A stretch of DNA of 44,712 nucleotides, taken from the sequence record PQ295795; one strand, 5' to 3'. The position numbers and the translations under genes are program-made. This DNA is from Escherichia phage vB_Eco_Lzu_P1. This document shows positions 15,942 to 24,700 of the stretch, in pieces. Position 1 is the first letter of the stretch, and each line of letters begins with the position of its first letter. The notes under the pieces were generated by a model. The model did no database searches. It saw nothing but the letters and a program-made list of their open reading frames with translations, and was not told the origin of the DNA.

Positions 15942-16413
15942 GCAAAAAGATAGCTGGCGCACGCCGCCAGCTTTATTTAAACCGCTGCGCCGGAAGTACC
16001 GATTCCGTTATGACATGGCGGCGAGCGACACCAACCACCTGCTACCGCGTTACTTCACGGCAGAGCACAGCGCGCTTGAGGTGGACTGGTCAGAGTTGAA
16101 AGGGTGGAAGTGGTGCAATCCGCCGTATTCCGATCCGCTGCCGTGGGTCGAGTGCGCAGCGCACGGACGCAGGACTGTCATGCTGCTGAATCAGGACACG
16201 TCGACGAAGTGGGCGAGGCTGGCCCGGAAGACTGCAAACCTGATAATTCTTCTGGACTGGCGGATCCGATTCATCCATGCTGTGACCGGTGAAGTCGGGC
16301 CGAGCAATAACAAGTGCCAGCAATTGATAATCTTTGACGAAGCGCCGCCCATCGGCAGCGCACAAATTGAAATAATGAGCGAGAGTGAGTTACATGAATA
16401 TCTTAATCGTTGA
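15928..16413 (+). CDS. Phage-type DNA N6-adenine methyltransferase
   Basis: WCNPPYS (NPPY catalytic motif) and N-terminal WRTPP; size and layout typical of small phage Dam-like enzymes. Confidence 0.7.
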   Translation: MQKSEQKDSWRTPPALFKPLRRKYRFRYDMAASDTNHLLPRYFTAEHSALEVDWSELKGWKWCNPPYSDPLPWVECAAHGRRTVMLLNQDTSTKWARLARKTANLIILLDWRIRFIHAVTGEVGPSNNKCQQLIIFDEAPPIGSAQIEIMSESELHEYLNR

Positions 16414-16618
16414 CCGCGACCCCGCGGTCGTAGACCAAATGCAAAAAGACTATAACATCGACCCACGCCGCGATCGTGTGGTGCGCGCGTCTCGCCCCGA
16501 ATACATCCTGGGCCTTGACCTCACCGGTTGGCTTGTCATGACCCGACGTTGTCATTTCGTGTGCAACTCTTACACCGCGCGTAGCGCCCGAGCCACCCTT
16601 ATTGAGAGCCTAAAATGA
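16394..16618 (+). CDS. Hypothetical protein (74 aa)
   Basis: ORF track 16385..16618; second ATG chosen. Confidence 0.4.
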   Translation: MNILIVDRDPAVVDQMQKDYNIDPRRDRVVRASRPEYILGLDLTGWLVMTRRCHFVCNSYTARSARATLIESLK

Positions 16619-17085
16619 AATTACTGATTTGTGATCTGGATGGCGTTATTAATGGTTCAAGTGATGCGCGTGCCGACCTGGTGCCGGGCATAAAAACTAA
16701 ATCCACCTTTTGGGCGAAGTGGCACAAGGCGCACGTCCGCGAAGACCTTAACATGGATATGCTGCCGTTATTGCGCATGTATAAAGAGCAAGGCTTCGAG
16801 ATCGCGTACCTGACAAACCGGCAGCGAGAATGTTGGGACACCACCGCCGAGCAATTGGAGGTCTTCCCGGTAGGCCGGTTATTCATGCGCCACATGCTGG
16901 ACGACACCCCGCCGCCAGAGTTTAAGGCGTGCGCCGTGTTCAAAATGGTCTGCTACGCGGACGTGTCTGAACTGGTCATCATTGAAGATTGCGAGAAGAA
17001 CATCGCGGCAATTCGTCGGGCGTGTGGTGATTTGGTCCCGAAAATTTACGCAATAAACGTTGCAAAATTCACTTGCAACCAATAG
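16615..17085 (+). CDS. HAD-superfamily phosphatase-like protein
   Basis: N-terminal LLICDLDGV (HAD motif I DxDG), downstream YLTNR (motif II). Confidence 0.5.
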   Translation: MKLLICDLDGVINGSSDARADLVPGIKTKSTFWAKWHKAHVREDLNMDMLPLLRMYKEQGFEIAYLTNRQRECWDTTAEQLEVFPVGRLFMRHMLDDTPPPEFKACAVFKMVCYADVSELVIIEDCEKNIAAIRRACGDLVPKIYAINVAKFTCNQ

Positions 17086-17101
17086 TTGGTTGCAGTATAT
17101 T
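17073..17101 (+). promoter_or_regulatory. Sigma70-like promoter overlapping a perfect palindrome TGCAACCAA-tag-TTGGTTGCA
   Basis: TTGCAA - 17 nt - TATATT; palindrome at 17074-17094. Confidence 0.55.
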
Positions 17102-17151
17102 AAACACATCGGGAGGCAACGCCGCCTCCCACTAAAAAAAAGGAAAACATC

Positions 17152-17376
17152 ATGAAACAGTTTACTAAGACCGACCTTGATCAGATTACCTTCACCAATA
17201 CCATCAACGAAATTACCATGAAAATTAACACCGCTCGCACACCGGTTAAGAGCATCGCAGAACACGCCGAACTGTGTGCCACTCAGATTGCCAACGAGCA
17301 ATTCAGCAATATCCTGGCGAACATCGCCAAGTGCAAGACCCGCAAAGGCATGAACGCCATCATCGCAACCATCTAA
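17152..17376 (+). CDS. Hypothetical protein (74 aa)
   Basis: ORF track; GGA-rich RBS. Confidence 0.45.
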   Translation: MKQFTKTDLDQITFTNTINEITMKINTARTPVKSIAEHAELCATQIANEQFSNILANIAKCKTRKGMNAIIATI

Positions 17377-17416
17377 CCTTCCGGCCCCGAAAGGGGCCAC
17401 CCTTGAGGATCGCAGA

Positions 17417-17971
17417 ATGAAAGCATACGAATACTGCAAAAATGCCGCCACCACTATGGAACAGCGCGGGAAAGAAAACGGCTATGACAACGCGAAAGAA
17501 GAACGCAGCGCTAAACAAATCGCTGCCGTGTTTAACGCGCTTACCGGTCGCGACCTGTCCGAGCAAGAAGCCTGGACCTTCCTGATCTGCCTGAAGCTGG
17601 TGCGCCAGCACCGTAAGCACCAGGAAGATAACATCGTGGACCTGGTGGCGTATGCCGCCCTGCTGGGCGAGTCTTACATGACCGTACATGACGAGATTCA
17701 GATCGATACAACGGCAGCACAATTCGACAGCCTCAAAGGCCTGTCCGTGCGTCTCGACGGTGAAATTAATGCGTATAACAGAGCAATTCGCGTTGCAGAG
17801 GACACGGTAGCCTCGTTCGGCAAGACTGTTAAGGCCCGCGATTTTGGCATCGCAGATCAGGACGTCCAGCCTATGGTCGTGCTCACTGGCGAGGACGGAT
17901 CTAAAATCCTCATGACGCCGGAAGATTTCCGTAACATGGAAAAAACACTGGTGACTGGCGCACTTAAATAA
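17417..17971 (+). CDS. Hypothetical protein (184 aa)
   Basis: ORF track; AGGA RBS. Confidence 0.5.
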   Translation: MKAYEYCKNAATTMEQRGKENGYDNAKEERSAKQIAAVFNALTGRDLSEQEAWTFLICLKLVRQHRKHQEDNIVDLVAYAALLGESYMTVHDEIQIDTTAAQFDSLKGLSVRLDGEINAYNRAIRVAEDTVASFGKTVKARDFGIADQDVQPMVVLTGEDGSKILMTPEDFRNMEKTLVTGALK

Positions 17972-18013
17972 TTCTAATAGCGGGCTTCGGCCCGCATCAA
18001 TGAGGACTACACG

Positions 18014-18589
18014 ATGTACGGCGAATACGAAATATCTGGTAAACAATTCCACCTGGCGGCAATGATCGCAAGCATAGAGTTTGACCAGTGGCGCTTAAAG
18101 TCTGACGCGTGCAAGCAAAGCCGTCTTGTCGGTGTGCTGGGCGAGATGTTTGCGGGCATGTACCTGGAAGGGCAGGCAGGCGGTCGAAGTTGTATCCCGC
18201 AAGGCTTACTAATGCGTACCGGCCTGTTTAGCGCTAATACTATCGACCGCGGCGATATTATCATGGTTGGCAAGCGCAAGGTTAAGTCCGGTCCTGACTT
18301 CCGCGAGCATACGATCGATGCCGTATGGACATACGAGGTTAAAGCCACCAGCGGCATCCGTCGCGGACTGGTAGAGGCACGTTGCGCTCGCGAGTATCTC
18401 ACTCGTCGGGTTGCCGGTGTTATTCTGGTGGGGGTGTCGTTCGGGCAGCATAGCGCCATCGGCGTGATTGAGGATATTGCGGAGCCATACGTGATAGTGA
18501 ACGATTGGCCCCTGGTGGAAGTGGAAGGAAAGGAATATTACGAAAGCCCGCTGGTTCGGCGCAAAATGGACTGGGAAAACTCAAACTAA
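18014..18589 (+). CDS. Hypothetical protein (191 aa), possible PD-(D/E)xK-like nuclease
   Basis: ORF track; AGGA RBS; segment DAVWTYEVKATSG resembles a D...E-x-K core, weak. Confidence 0.4.
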   Translation: MYGEYEISGKQFHLAAMIASIEFDQWRLKSDACKQSRLVGVLGEMFAGMYLEGQAGGRSCIPQGLLMRTGLFSANTIDRGDIIMVGKRKVKSGPDFREHTIDAVWTYEVKATSGIRRGLVEARCAREYLTRRVAGVILVGVSFGQHSAIGVIEDIAEPYVIVNDWPLVEVEGKEYYESPLVRRKMDWENSN

Positions 18590-18620
18590 AAAAGGGGCCG
18601 TATGGCCCCTTTTCTCATTT
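18588..18620. terminator. Bidirectional intrinsic terminator between convergent blocks
   Basis: AAAAAA-GGGGCC-gtat-GGCCCC-TTTTCTCATTT; A-tract on one side, T-tract on the other. Confidence 0.65.
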
Positions 18621-20438
18621 CTCCGCTAACTTACTTTCTAACGCCTCAACCTTCGCCGCCAAATGCTGAACAGTCGCGATTAGATCAAGTAGTAGGACGT
18701 TTTCATCTAATGCCAGAAACTCTTTACCGGTTGCGTTGGTGTACTTGCGGACATACTGCGGGTCGATCTCTTCCAACTGCTGCGCGATAAAACCACGTCT
18801 AACCGTCTCTTTTTTGTCGTAGTTATAAACAAAGGACGAGTACTCCATAGTCATAACGTTATCGTACGCAACTTGAGTATCGATCCGGGCGATATCATGC
18901 TTCAGCGCCCTATCGGATACCGGGGACTTTGCGAAAATATAGTTAACAGTCCCTAAGTTGTTGCCGAAGGTGATATCGTATGCTTCGGGGTTGAATGTAG
19001 TGTTTCGAACGCTATCGCCGTTAGGCTGTGTACCGGACGCCAAATCATAATCAAAGACCTGCGCAATCATAGCATGGGGGTGCGAGTTACCGGAGGGCGG
19101 GTGGATCAGCGCGCCGAACGAAATAAAGTTACGCCACCCGCCACCACTCGTCCCCGCCCCGCCTCCAACAAAGCCGACGTGTCCCGAGTATTGGCTGTCC
19201 ATCCATGTATTCGCAAGGGTTACGTAGGTATTACCTGGCGACGCCGAGGTGGACGATGGATTCAGTCCTTTGTTGAAAATAATCTTGCCATCATATTTAA
19301 AGTCCCACGACGGCGAGGTACTTGGATCGAGGGCGTTAACGGTTGCCAAACTGGTCCAGGCGTCTACGTTATTACGGCCCTGAAGCTGAATCGACATTCT
19401 GTATTTTTCGACCCCGGCGACGTTCATAGAGGAGTCAATTCGACCGCCGTATACTTCTGCGCCATTCGCCGGGTCTGACGCGTAATTATTGCGTAAGCCC
19501 CAAAGCCCCACGTCGTCAAGACCGCGCCACACCCACCCTTTAGTCGCAGCGTCCAGGGGGTTTACGGGGTCCGCACCTACGCGAAGCGGTCCGGGCGGCA
19601 TAAGGTTAGCCCACGACGCGCCTTTGTCCGCAAGCCCCGCGAGGTTGCCGGATTTTGTTAGCAGATTGTCGGGGTTTACGCTTTGCGCCCATTCTTCGGC
19701 CTGATCGCGAAATCCCTGCGCGGCAGTGCTGGCGGCTTGCGCTTCAGCCTTCGCGGCGTTGGCCTCGTCGCGAATAGCGCCGGTGTCAGTCTTGATCTGG
19801 TTAGTCTGGTTTTTGATCGCCTGCGTATCAGCCTTAATCTGATCAGTCTGCGTTTTTATGGTATTAGTTGCGTCGCGAATGCCTGCCGTCTCTGCCTTAA
19901 TCTGATTGGTGGCGTCGCGAATGCCAGCCGTCTCAGTCTTGAAGCCTTCGGCCTCATTGCGAAATCCTTGCGCTGCTGCTTCAGATGCCGCGGCTTGTTG
20001 TTGCAGGTTGCGCATTTCAACGGGGTCAACTTGCTTCATCAATTGCGACAGGTAGCCCCAAGACATACCCTGCATAACTTGCCCGTTCGGCAGCGTTACC
20101 GTGATTTCTTCTTCGTCTCCGAAGATCGCACGCCAGTTGTTTTCGTCCGCGAGCATCAAGCGCAACGCTTTCTGTGCCTGTACTGTTACGCCCATCGTTG
20201 CCAGCGACATGGTGTCGCGCTTAACGCCATCCCACGCAAGGCCTGCTGCCGTTGGGCCGTCGAACGGCAGCACCAGCGTAAGCGCGGTGTCGCTTTCGAC
20301 TGACGCGATAGCAACAGTGTATGGGACTTGCCCCACTACCAGCGATAAGAAGTCGCCAGCTGTAAACGAGGTAAACGTCGTGCCTACCCCGACAACCGCC
20401 TTGCTGTTATTCGTTACGGATAGTGTACCCGCTGCCAT
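18615..20438 (-). CDS. Tail fibre with repetitive coiled-coil shaft and C-terminal intramolecular chaperone (peptidase S74-like) domain
   Basis: Start at second ATG (GAGGA RBS); shaft repeats TAGIRDATNQIK...; C-terminal SDRALKHDI ... FIAQQLEEIDPQYV resembles auto-cleaving chaperone domains of endosialidase/T5 L-shaped fibre. Confidence 0.65.
   Translation of the reverse strand: MAAGTLSVTNNSKAVVGVGTTFTSFTAGDFLSLVVGQVPYTVAIASVESDTALTLVLPFDGPTAAGLAWDGVKRDTMSLATMGVTVQAQKALRLMLADENNWRAIFGDEEEITVTLPNGQVMQGMSWGYLSQLMKQVDPVEMRNLQQQAAASEAAAQGFRNEAEGFKTETAGIRDATNQIKAETAGIRDATNTIKTQTDQIKADTQAIKNQTNQIKTDTGAIRDEANAAKAEAQAASTAAQGFRDQAEEWAQSVNPDNLLTKSGNLAGLADKGASWANLMPPGPLRVGADPVNPLDAATKGWVWRGLDDVGLWGLRNNYASDPANGAEVYGGRIDSSMNVAGVEKYRMSIQLQGRNNVDAWTSLATVNALDPSTSPSWDFKYDGKIIFNKGLNPSSTSASPGNTYVTLANTWMDSQYSGHVGFVGGGAGTSGGGWRNFISFGALIHPPSGNSHPHAMIAQVFDYDLASGTQPNGDSVRNTTFNPEAYDITFGNNLGTVNYIFAKSPVSDRALKHDIARIDTQVAYDNVMTMEYSSFVYNYDKKETVRRGFIAQQLEEIDPQYVRKYTNATGKEFLALDENVLLLDLIATVQHLAAKVEALESKLAEK
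19750..19960 (-). repeat. Internal tandem repeats in the tail-fibre shaft
   Basis: Repeated gcgtcgcgaatgcc...gtctc...ttaatctg units encoding about 11-residue repeats (ETAGIRDATNQIK / QTDQIKADTQAIK). Confidence 0.6.
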
Positions 20439-20459
20439 AGCTGAATCCTCATAAATTGG

Positions 20460-20487
20460 TTGCATTAATGGTCGAGCGGTGTAATAC
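20460..20487 (+). promoter_or_regulatory. Sigma70-like promoter for the plus-strand lipoprotein cassette
   Basis: TTGCAT - 16 nt - TAATAC; ATTGGTTGCA motif at 20455-20464. Confidence 0.4.
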
Positions 20488-20519
20488 TAAAACTCAACCA
20501 AATATAGGAAATGATACCA

Positions 20520-20743
20520 TGAAAACTTTAATTATGATTTGTGCGGTTATGTTGTCCGGCTGTGCTGTAGAACGCAACAACGGCGATTGCATTACTATGG
20601 CTTACGGTAGCTGCATGTTGCGCTACGTTGACGGGCAAAAAGTGCCCTCCGGGGATGTGGACTTGCGATTCACTGGGCTGTCTGCCGATAGTGACGGCAA
20701 TTTTTCCGGCACTGTTTCAGTTAAATCACGGGAGTGGAAGTAA
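20520..20743 (+). CDS. Small lipoprotein (74 aa), candidate receptor-blocking superinfection-exclusion protein
   Basis: Signal peptide with lipobox MKTLIMICAVMLSG-C; AGGAAA RBS; size and position near receptor-binding genes recall T5 Llp / T1 Cor-type lipoproteins. Confidence 0.55.
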
Positions 20744-21708
20744 TGGGCGCTGGGATACTTATCGACTACAACGACGGAAGGCCGCGCATGGAGATAACCG
20801 CAGGACTTCGCGCGCCGTCATTCTGTACCTCATTCTATCAGCGCTGCCAGTCTGATAAGACGCTTACTATTAACACTCAGCTAACGCCAGGGTCAGATCT
20901 GGTCGTCGCGCTCACAAGCCCCGTTGAAGTTATAGAAGTATTCGACCAGACACTGGTCTTGCCCGACCCTTTCTACGTCACCTCAGTACAACGTAACGGG
21001 GATGGCGGAATCACCTTGCGAGGTGAAGACGCATATGGCGCATATAGCGGGCTTCCAACATGGGGCGGGGTGATCATGGAAGTGTTGCCGGTTGGTTCGC
21101 GCAACGCAGGGTTACTGGTGGCGAACTCGACGGACTTCACCGCCATATCAAATGTATCCAGGCTAATGACCTGCCAATATGCGCAGCGCGTGTGGGTGAA
21201 CGGAAGTATGCCGTTACCTGTAGGCGGTGTCCCATTCGCGCGCTGGGACGACGGAAACGTGTCGGTCGGCTTCGATGGCGGAAGTATTATCGTCCGTAAT
21301 GCGTCCTATGGCGGGATTGACGACGTAGGCGCTGCCGTTGAAATGGACCTGGTTATATTCAACAATACGCCACCCACCCCTGGAAACGGCATCACCATGA
21401 CAAACAACCAGGGTCAGGTCACGTTCTCAACAGTGAATAAGCCATTTGTTTATGACCGCCTTATCTATATCGGCGGCGGCGATCAGTACATAGGCAATAG
21501 CCTGGTCCAGCTTTCGTATACCGGCGCGCTCATTGAGAACAACGGCGGCTACAATCACGTTCGAATGAACGGGATTCGAATGGCAGGCGGTAATGTGCGC
21601 ATCGCCAAAAACCGGGTAATCGGCAACTATTCACGGCAGCAATTCCAAATGCCGGGTAAAAATATTGCAGTACCCACCCCGTTACTCGTAATTCCTAACA
21701 TCTATTAA
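20743..21708 (+). CDS. Glycine-rich beta-type protein (321 aa), function unknown; co-transcribed with the lipoprotein
   Basis: ORF track 20734..21708; ATG at 20743 overlaps lipoprotein stop (TAATG); opposite orientation to surrounding tail genes. Confidence 0.5.
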   Translation: MGAGILIDYNDGRPRMEITAGLRAPSFCTSFYQRCQSDKTLTINTQLTPGSDLVVALTSPVEVIEVFDQTLVLPDPFYVTSVQRNGDGGITLRGEDAYGAYSGLPTWGGVIMEVLPVGSRNAGLLVANSTDFTAISNVSRLMTCQYAQRVWVNGSMPLPVGGVPFARWDDGNVSVGFDGGSIIVRNASYGGIDDVGAAVEMDLVIFNNTPPTPGNGITMTNNQGQVTFSTVNKPFVYDRLIYIGGGDQYIGNSLVQLSYTGALIENNGGYNHVRMNGIRMAGGNVRIAKNRVIGNYSRQQFQMPGKNIAVPTPLLVIPNIY

Positions 21709-21736
21709 AAAGGGGCCGGATGGCCCCTTCTCCTTT
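21707..21736. terminator. Bidirectional intrinsic terminator
   Basis: AAAAA-GGGGCC-ggat-GGCCCC-TTCTCCTTT; same stem as terminators at 18594, 31675 and 37365. Confidence 0.6.
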
Positions 21737-24700
21737 ACCACGTCCCCACTTTCACCCTACCCCCGCCCGGTAATGGCACGTTAATGCCGGTGGCGTCGAT
21801 CTGTACCGACCCTCCAGAGAATCCGAAGTTACCAGTAGTAGCGAACAAGTTGCCTCGTACCGTTACGTTGTTGAACTCCGCCCCGCCGTCCTTCTGGATG
21901 CGCCAGCCGCTGTGACCCGGATTCCAGTTATTCGACTGCAGCGTGTCCGTGATCTGCGCGAAGTTGATAGACGCGTTCTTGATGCGTGCGGTGTCAATGT
22001 ACACCTGACCGCCGTCAACGATAAACGCGGACGAAAGCGACCCATTAGATGGGTGCATGATGTAGAACTGGTCCGCCTTGAACGCGATGCGGGATTTAAC
22101 CGCGCCACCTTCCGCAACAACTGAAAGCTGCATACCGGCATCGTAGTAAGCCCCGTTATACGTCACGCCAGCCTTAAGGCTATATGTGGCGCTGCCACCA
22201 GCATGGTTAAACGAAGACGTCATCTTCTGCTCGATAGCGGCAGACTGCTGACCGAACTGTGCCGCGACCTGGGTCTTGTACTCCGCCAGTGCGCCAGCTA
22301 CGTCTGCCGTTGCCGTTTGTACCTGCCGGATGGCGGCTTCCTGCTCCCCAAACTTAGCGGCGACAGTTTGTTGGTACTGGGCGAACGCTTGTTCGTGCGT
22401 GCTTTGCGCTGTCTGCAACGTGTGGATTGACGCCTCCGCATCATCAAGTCGTGTGCCGATCAACGTTTCCAGTTGCGCTACTGCCTTGTGGGCGTCCGTG
22501 GCAACGTTATACGCCACCTTGATTTCCGCATAAATACCCTTGTACTCGGCGCGGGCGTTGAACAATTGCTGCGCGTCGGTGAGCATCGCCTCGTAAATAC
22601 CCTGCGGGATCGTGTCGATTGCTTCCTGGAAGCGTTTACCATCCTCGGAAGTCAAGAACTCGTCATCAAGCCCCTTCATGTACTCGTCAACTTTGTCACT
22701 CACCTGCCCTTCAAACGGGGCCGACCAGTCCGACAGGTTGCCGATTTTATCCGCTACACGGGCGCGCAACTGCTGGTAAATTCCGAACTCCAGCGACGTT
22801 TGCGCGTACTCCGCGCCAGGATACGGGACGTTTGTTAAGAACTTCCATTCCGTTTCGCCCGTCTTGCGGACTTCAAGCTCGGTGTAAGAAATATCCGTCG
22901 CGGCGTTGTTGTGGTTCCACTTCCATAGAATTTGATGCAGACCCGAAATCGCGCTGGTGATGATTGGTGCGTTAAGCCCACCGAGGCGACCTTCCACCGG
23001 CGTGATGGCGGACGACACCCACGGGGATGAAATCTCGCCCATACCGATCGCACGGACGCGCGCCTGATAGTTTCCGGAGAACACGTTAGGAATGTGCGCG
23101 CCGTTCGATGCCGTGCGCGGGATATTCACCCAGTCGTTACCCCACTGGACCGCCATATTCTGCAGGCTTGTACGCCGCCACTGGATTTCATACACCACGG
23201 CATCCTTCACCGGCGGGAAAACAATATCCACGTTGGTGATTAGCTGGCCTTGCGATGAGATCTGCGACGGGGTAATGGTAACGGATTCTGGCCCCGTCAT
23301 TACACCGTCTGGCACTTGCGTGAAGATGCCAGGATCAAGGCGAGCGCCATTATCAACGGCGTCATATTTGCTATCGTTGTATTCAATCCCGCGCACCGAG
23401 AAAGTGCTCGTAGAGTCGTCATACTCCAGATCGGTGATGCGGAATTTTTGCAACTGGATATCATCGCCATCAACGCAAAACGGTTGGTCTGGAATCGGGT
23501 CGTCATCCAGTGCGGTTTTTAGCGTGACCTTGTTGCCGTTGACGCTGGCGATCTCGCGAGTCTCCACATTTCCGCTATCGGTGCGCACCAGGAACTTATC
23601 ACCAGGGCGGAATGTGATTTCGCTGTCTGTGTTAAGCACGGTACGCGTGCCAGGGTCTGACAACAGGCGACCGCCGCGAGTCTCGAATCCGCCAGAAATA
23701 TTAGTATCCGCGATCGCGACTACGCTACCAGGAATAAAGAATAGCCCCTCCATGCCAACCTTAAAGCTGACCTGCTGGTCCAACTGGTTGGAGATTAGCG
23801 CCCAGTGTCCGCGGCGTTGCGCTTCAGATTCGCGCGTACAGCCGATCGCCGTTATATCCAGACGGTTAATCTTATGGCGGCGCACCAGTTCGACGCGCTG
23901 GCCCGTTGCGATAGCGTCATCATAGTGGTTTTTCGGGTTGCCGTATGCTACCGCGAAAGTGGAGTACCGCGTTTTCTGGCTGCCAGATGCGTAGTCGAAT
24001 CGACCATCAATAACCGAGGCGTTGGTGATAGTGTGCGACACTGCTGCGACCGGTTGGTCACTGACGATATTCAACATTTGGTTTCCCCACCAGGTCATCC
24101 CGGCGAAGATGGCAGCTAAATCCTTAAGCACGGTCCAGGCGTCTGTCTGCGACTGGATGTACATATCATTCTTAAATCTGATTTCCCGTCCGCCGTTGCC
24201 GTCGCTGACCAACTGATCGCAGCGCTGCGCGATCTGGTAGAGCGCGTACCGGTTCAGCATTTGCGGTTTGATACGCCGACCGAGGCCGAAGCGCTCAGTA
24301 ATACAAATATCGTACCAGTGCCACGCAGGGTTATCTGTCCATGCGCGTTTAAACGTGCCGTCCCAGTCCCCGGAATAGGTATGATTGATCGGGTCGTAGT
24401 TGTTCGGTATTAGAACTTTGCGACCTTTGCACTTGATGGACACGCGCGGGATGTTCTGGAACGCTTTAGCGTCGAACTCCACGAACAACAGCGCGGTTAG
24501 CGGATAGCGCAGGCGGGCGTCAATAATCTCAGTGATGGATTGCACCTGGATATCATTAACCACTTTCGCCGATGTGGAGTCTGCCGTTATGCGGTGCACC
24601 TCCACGCGCCAGCCGGTGTTAACGTTCGGAGGTAATTCGATGCGGTGGTCGCGCTCATACAGCGACATTGTTTTACCAACGGCGGCGAAAGTAAACTCAC

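Noticed and set aside
17111-17130. Hairpin GGGAGGC-aacgcc-GCCTCCC as a terminator
   Set aside because: Followed by an A-tract, not a T-tract, on the plus strand and preceded by T-tract on the minus strand; more likely a 5'-UTR stem-loop of the 17152 transcript.
17360-18052. 230-aa minus-strand ORF
   Set aside because: Antisense to two RBS-supported plus-strand genes within the plus-strand block.
19683-20303. 206-aa plus-strand ORF
   Set aside because: Antisense to the tail-fibre gene; arises from the repetitive shaft region.
23092-23925. 277-aa plus-strand ORF
   Set aside because: Antisense to the J-like tail-tip gene.
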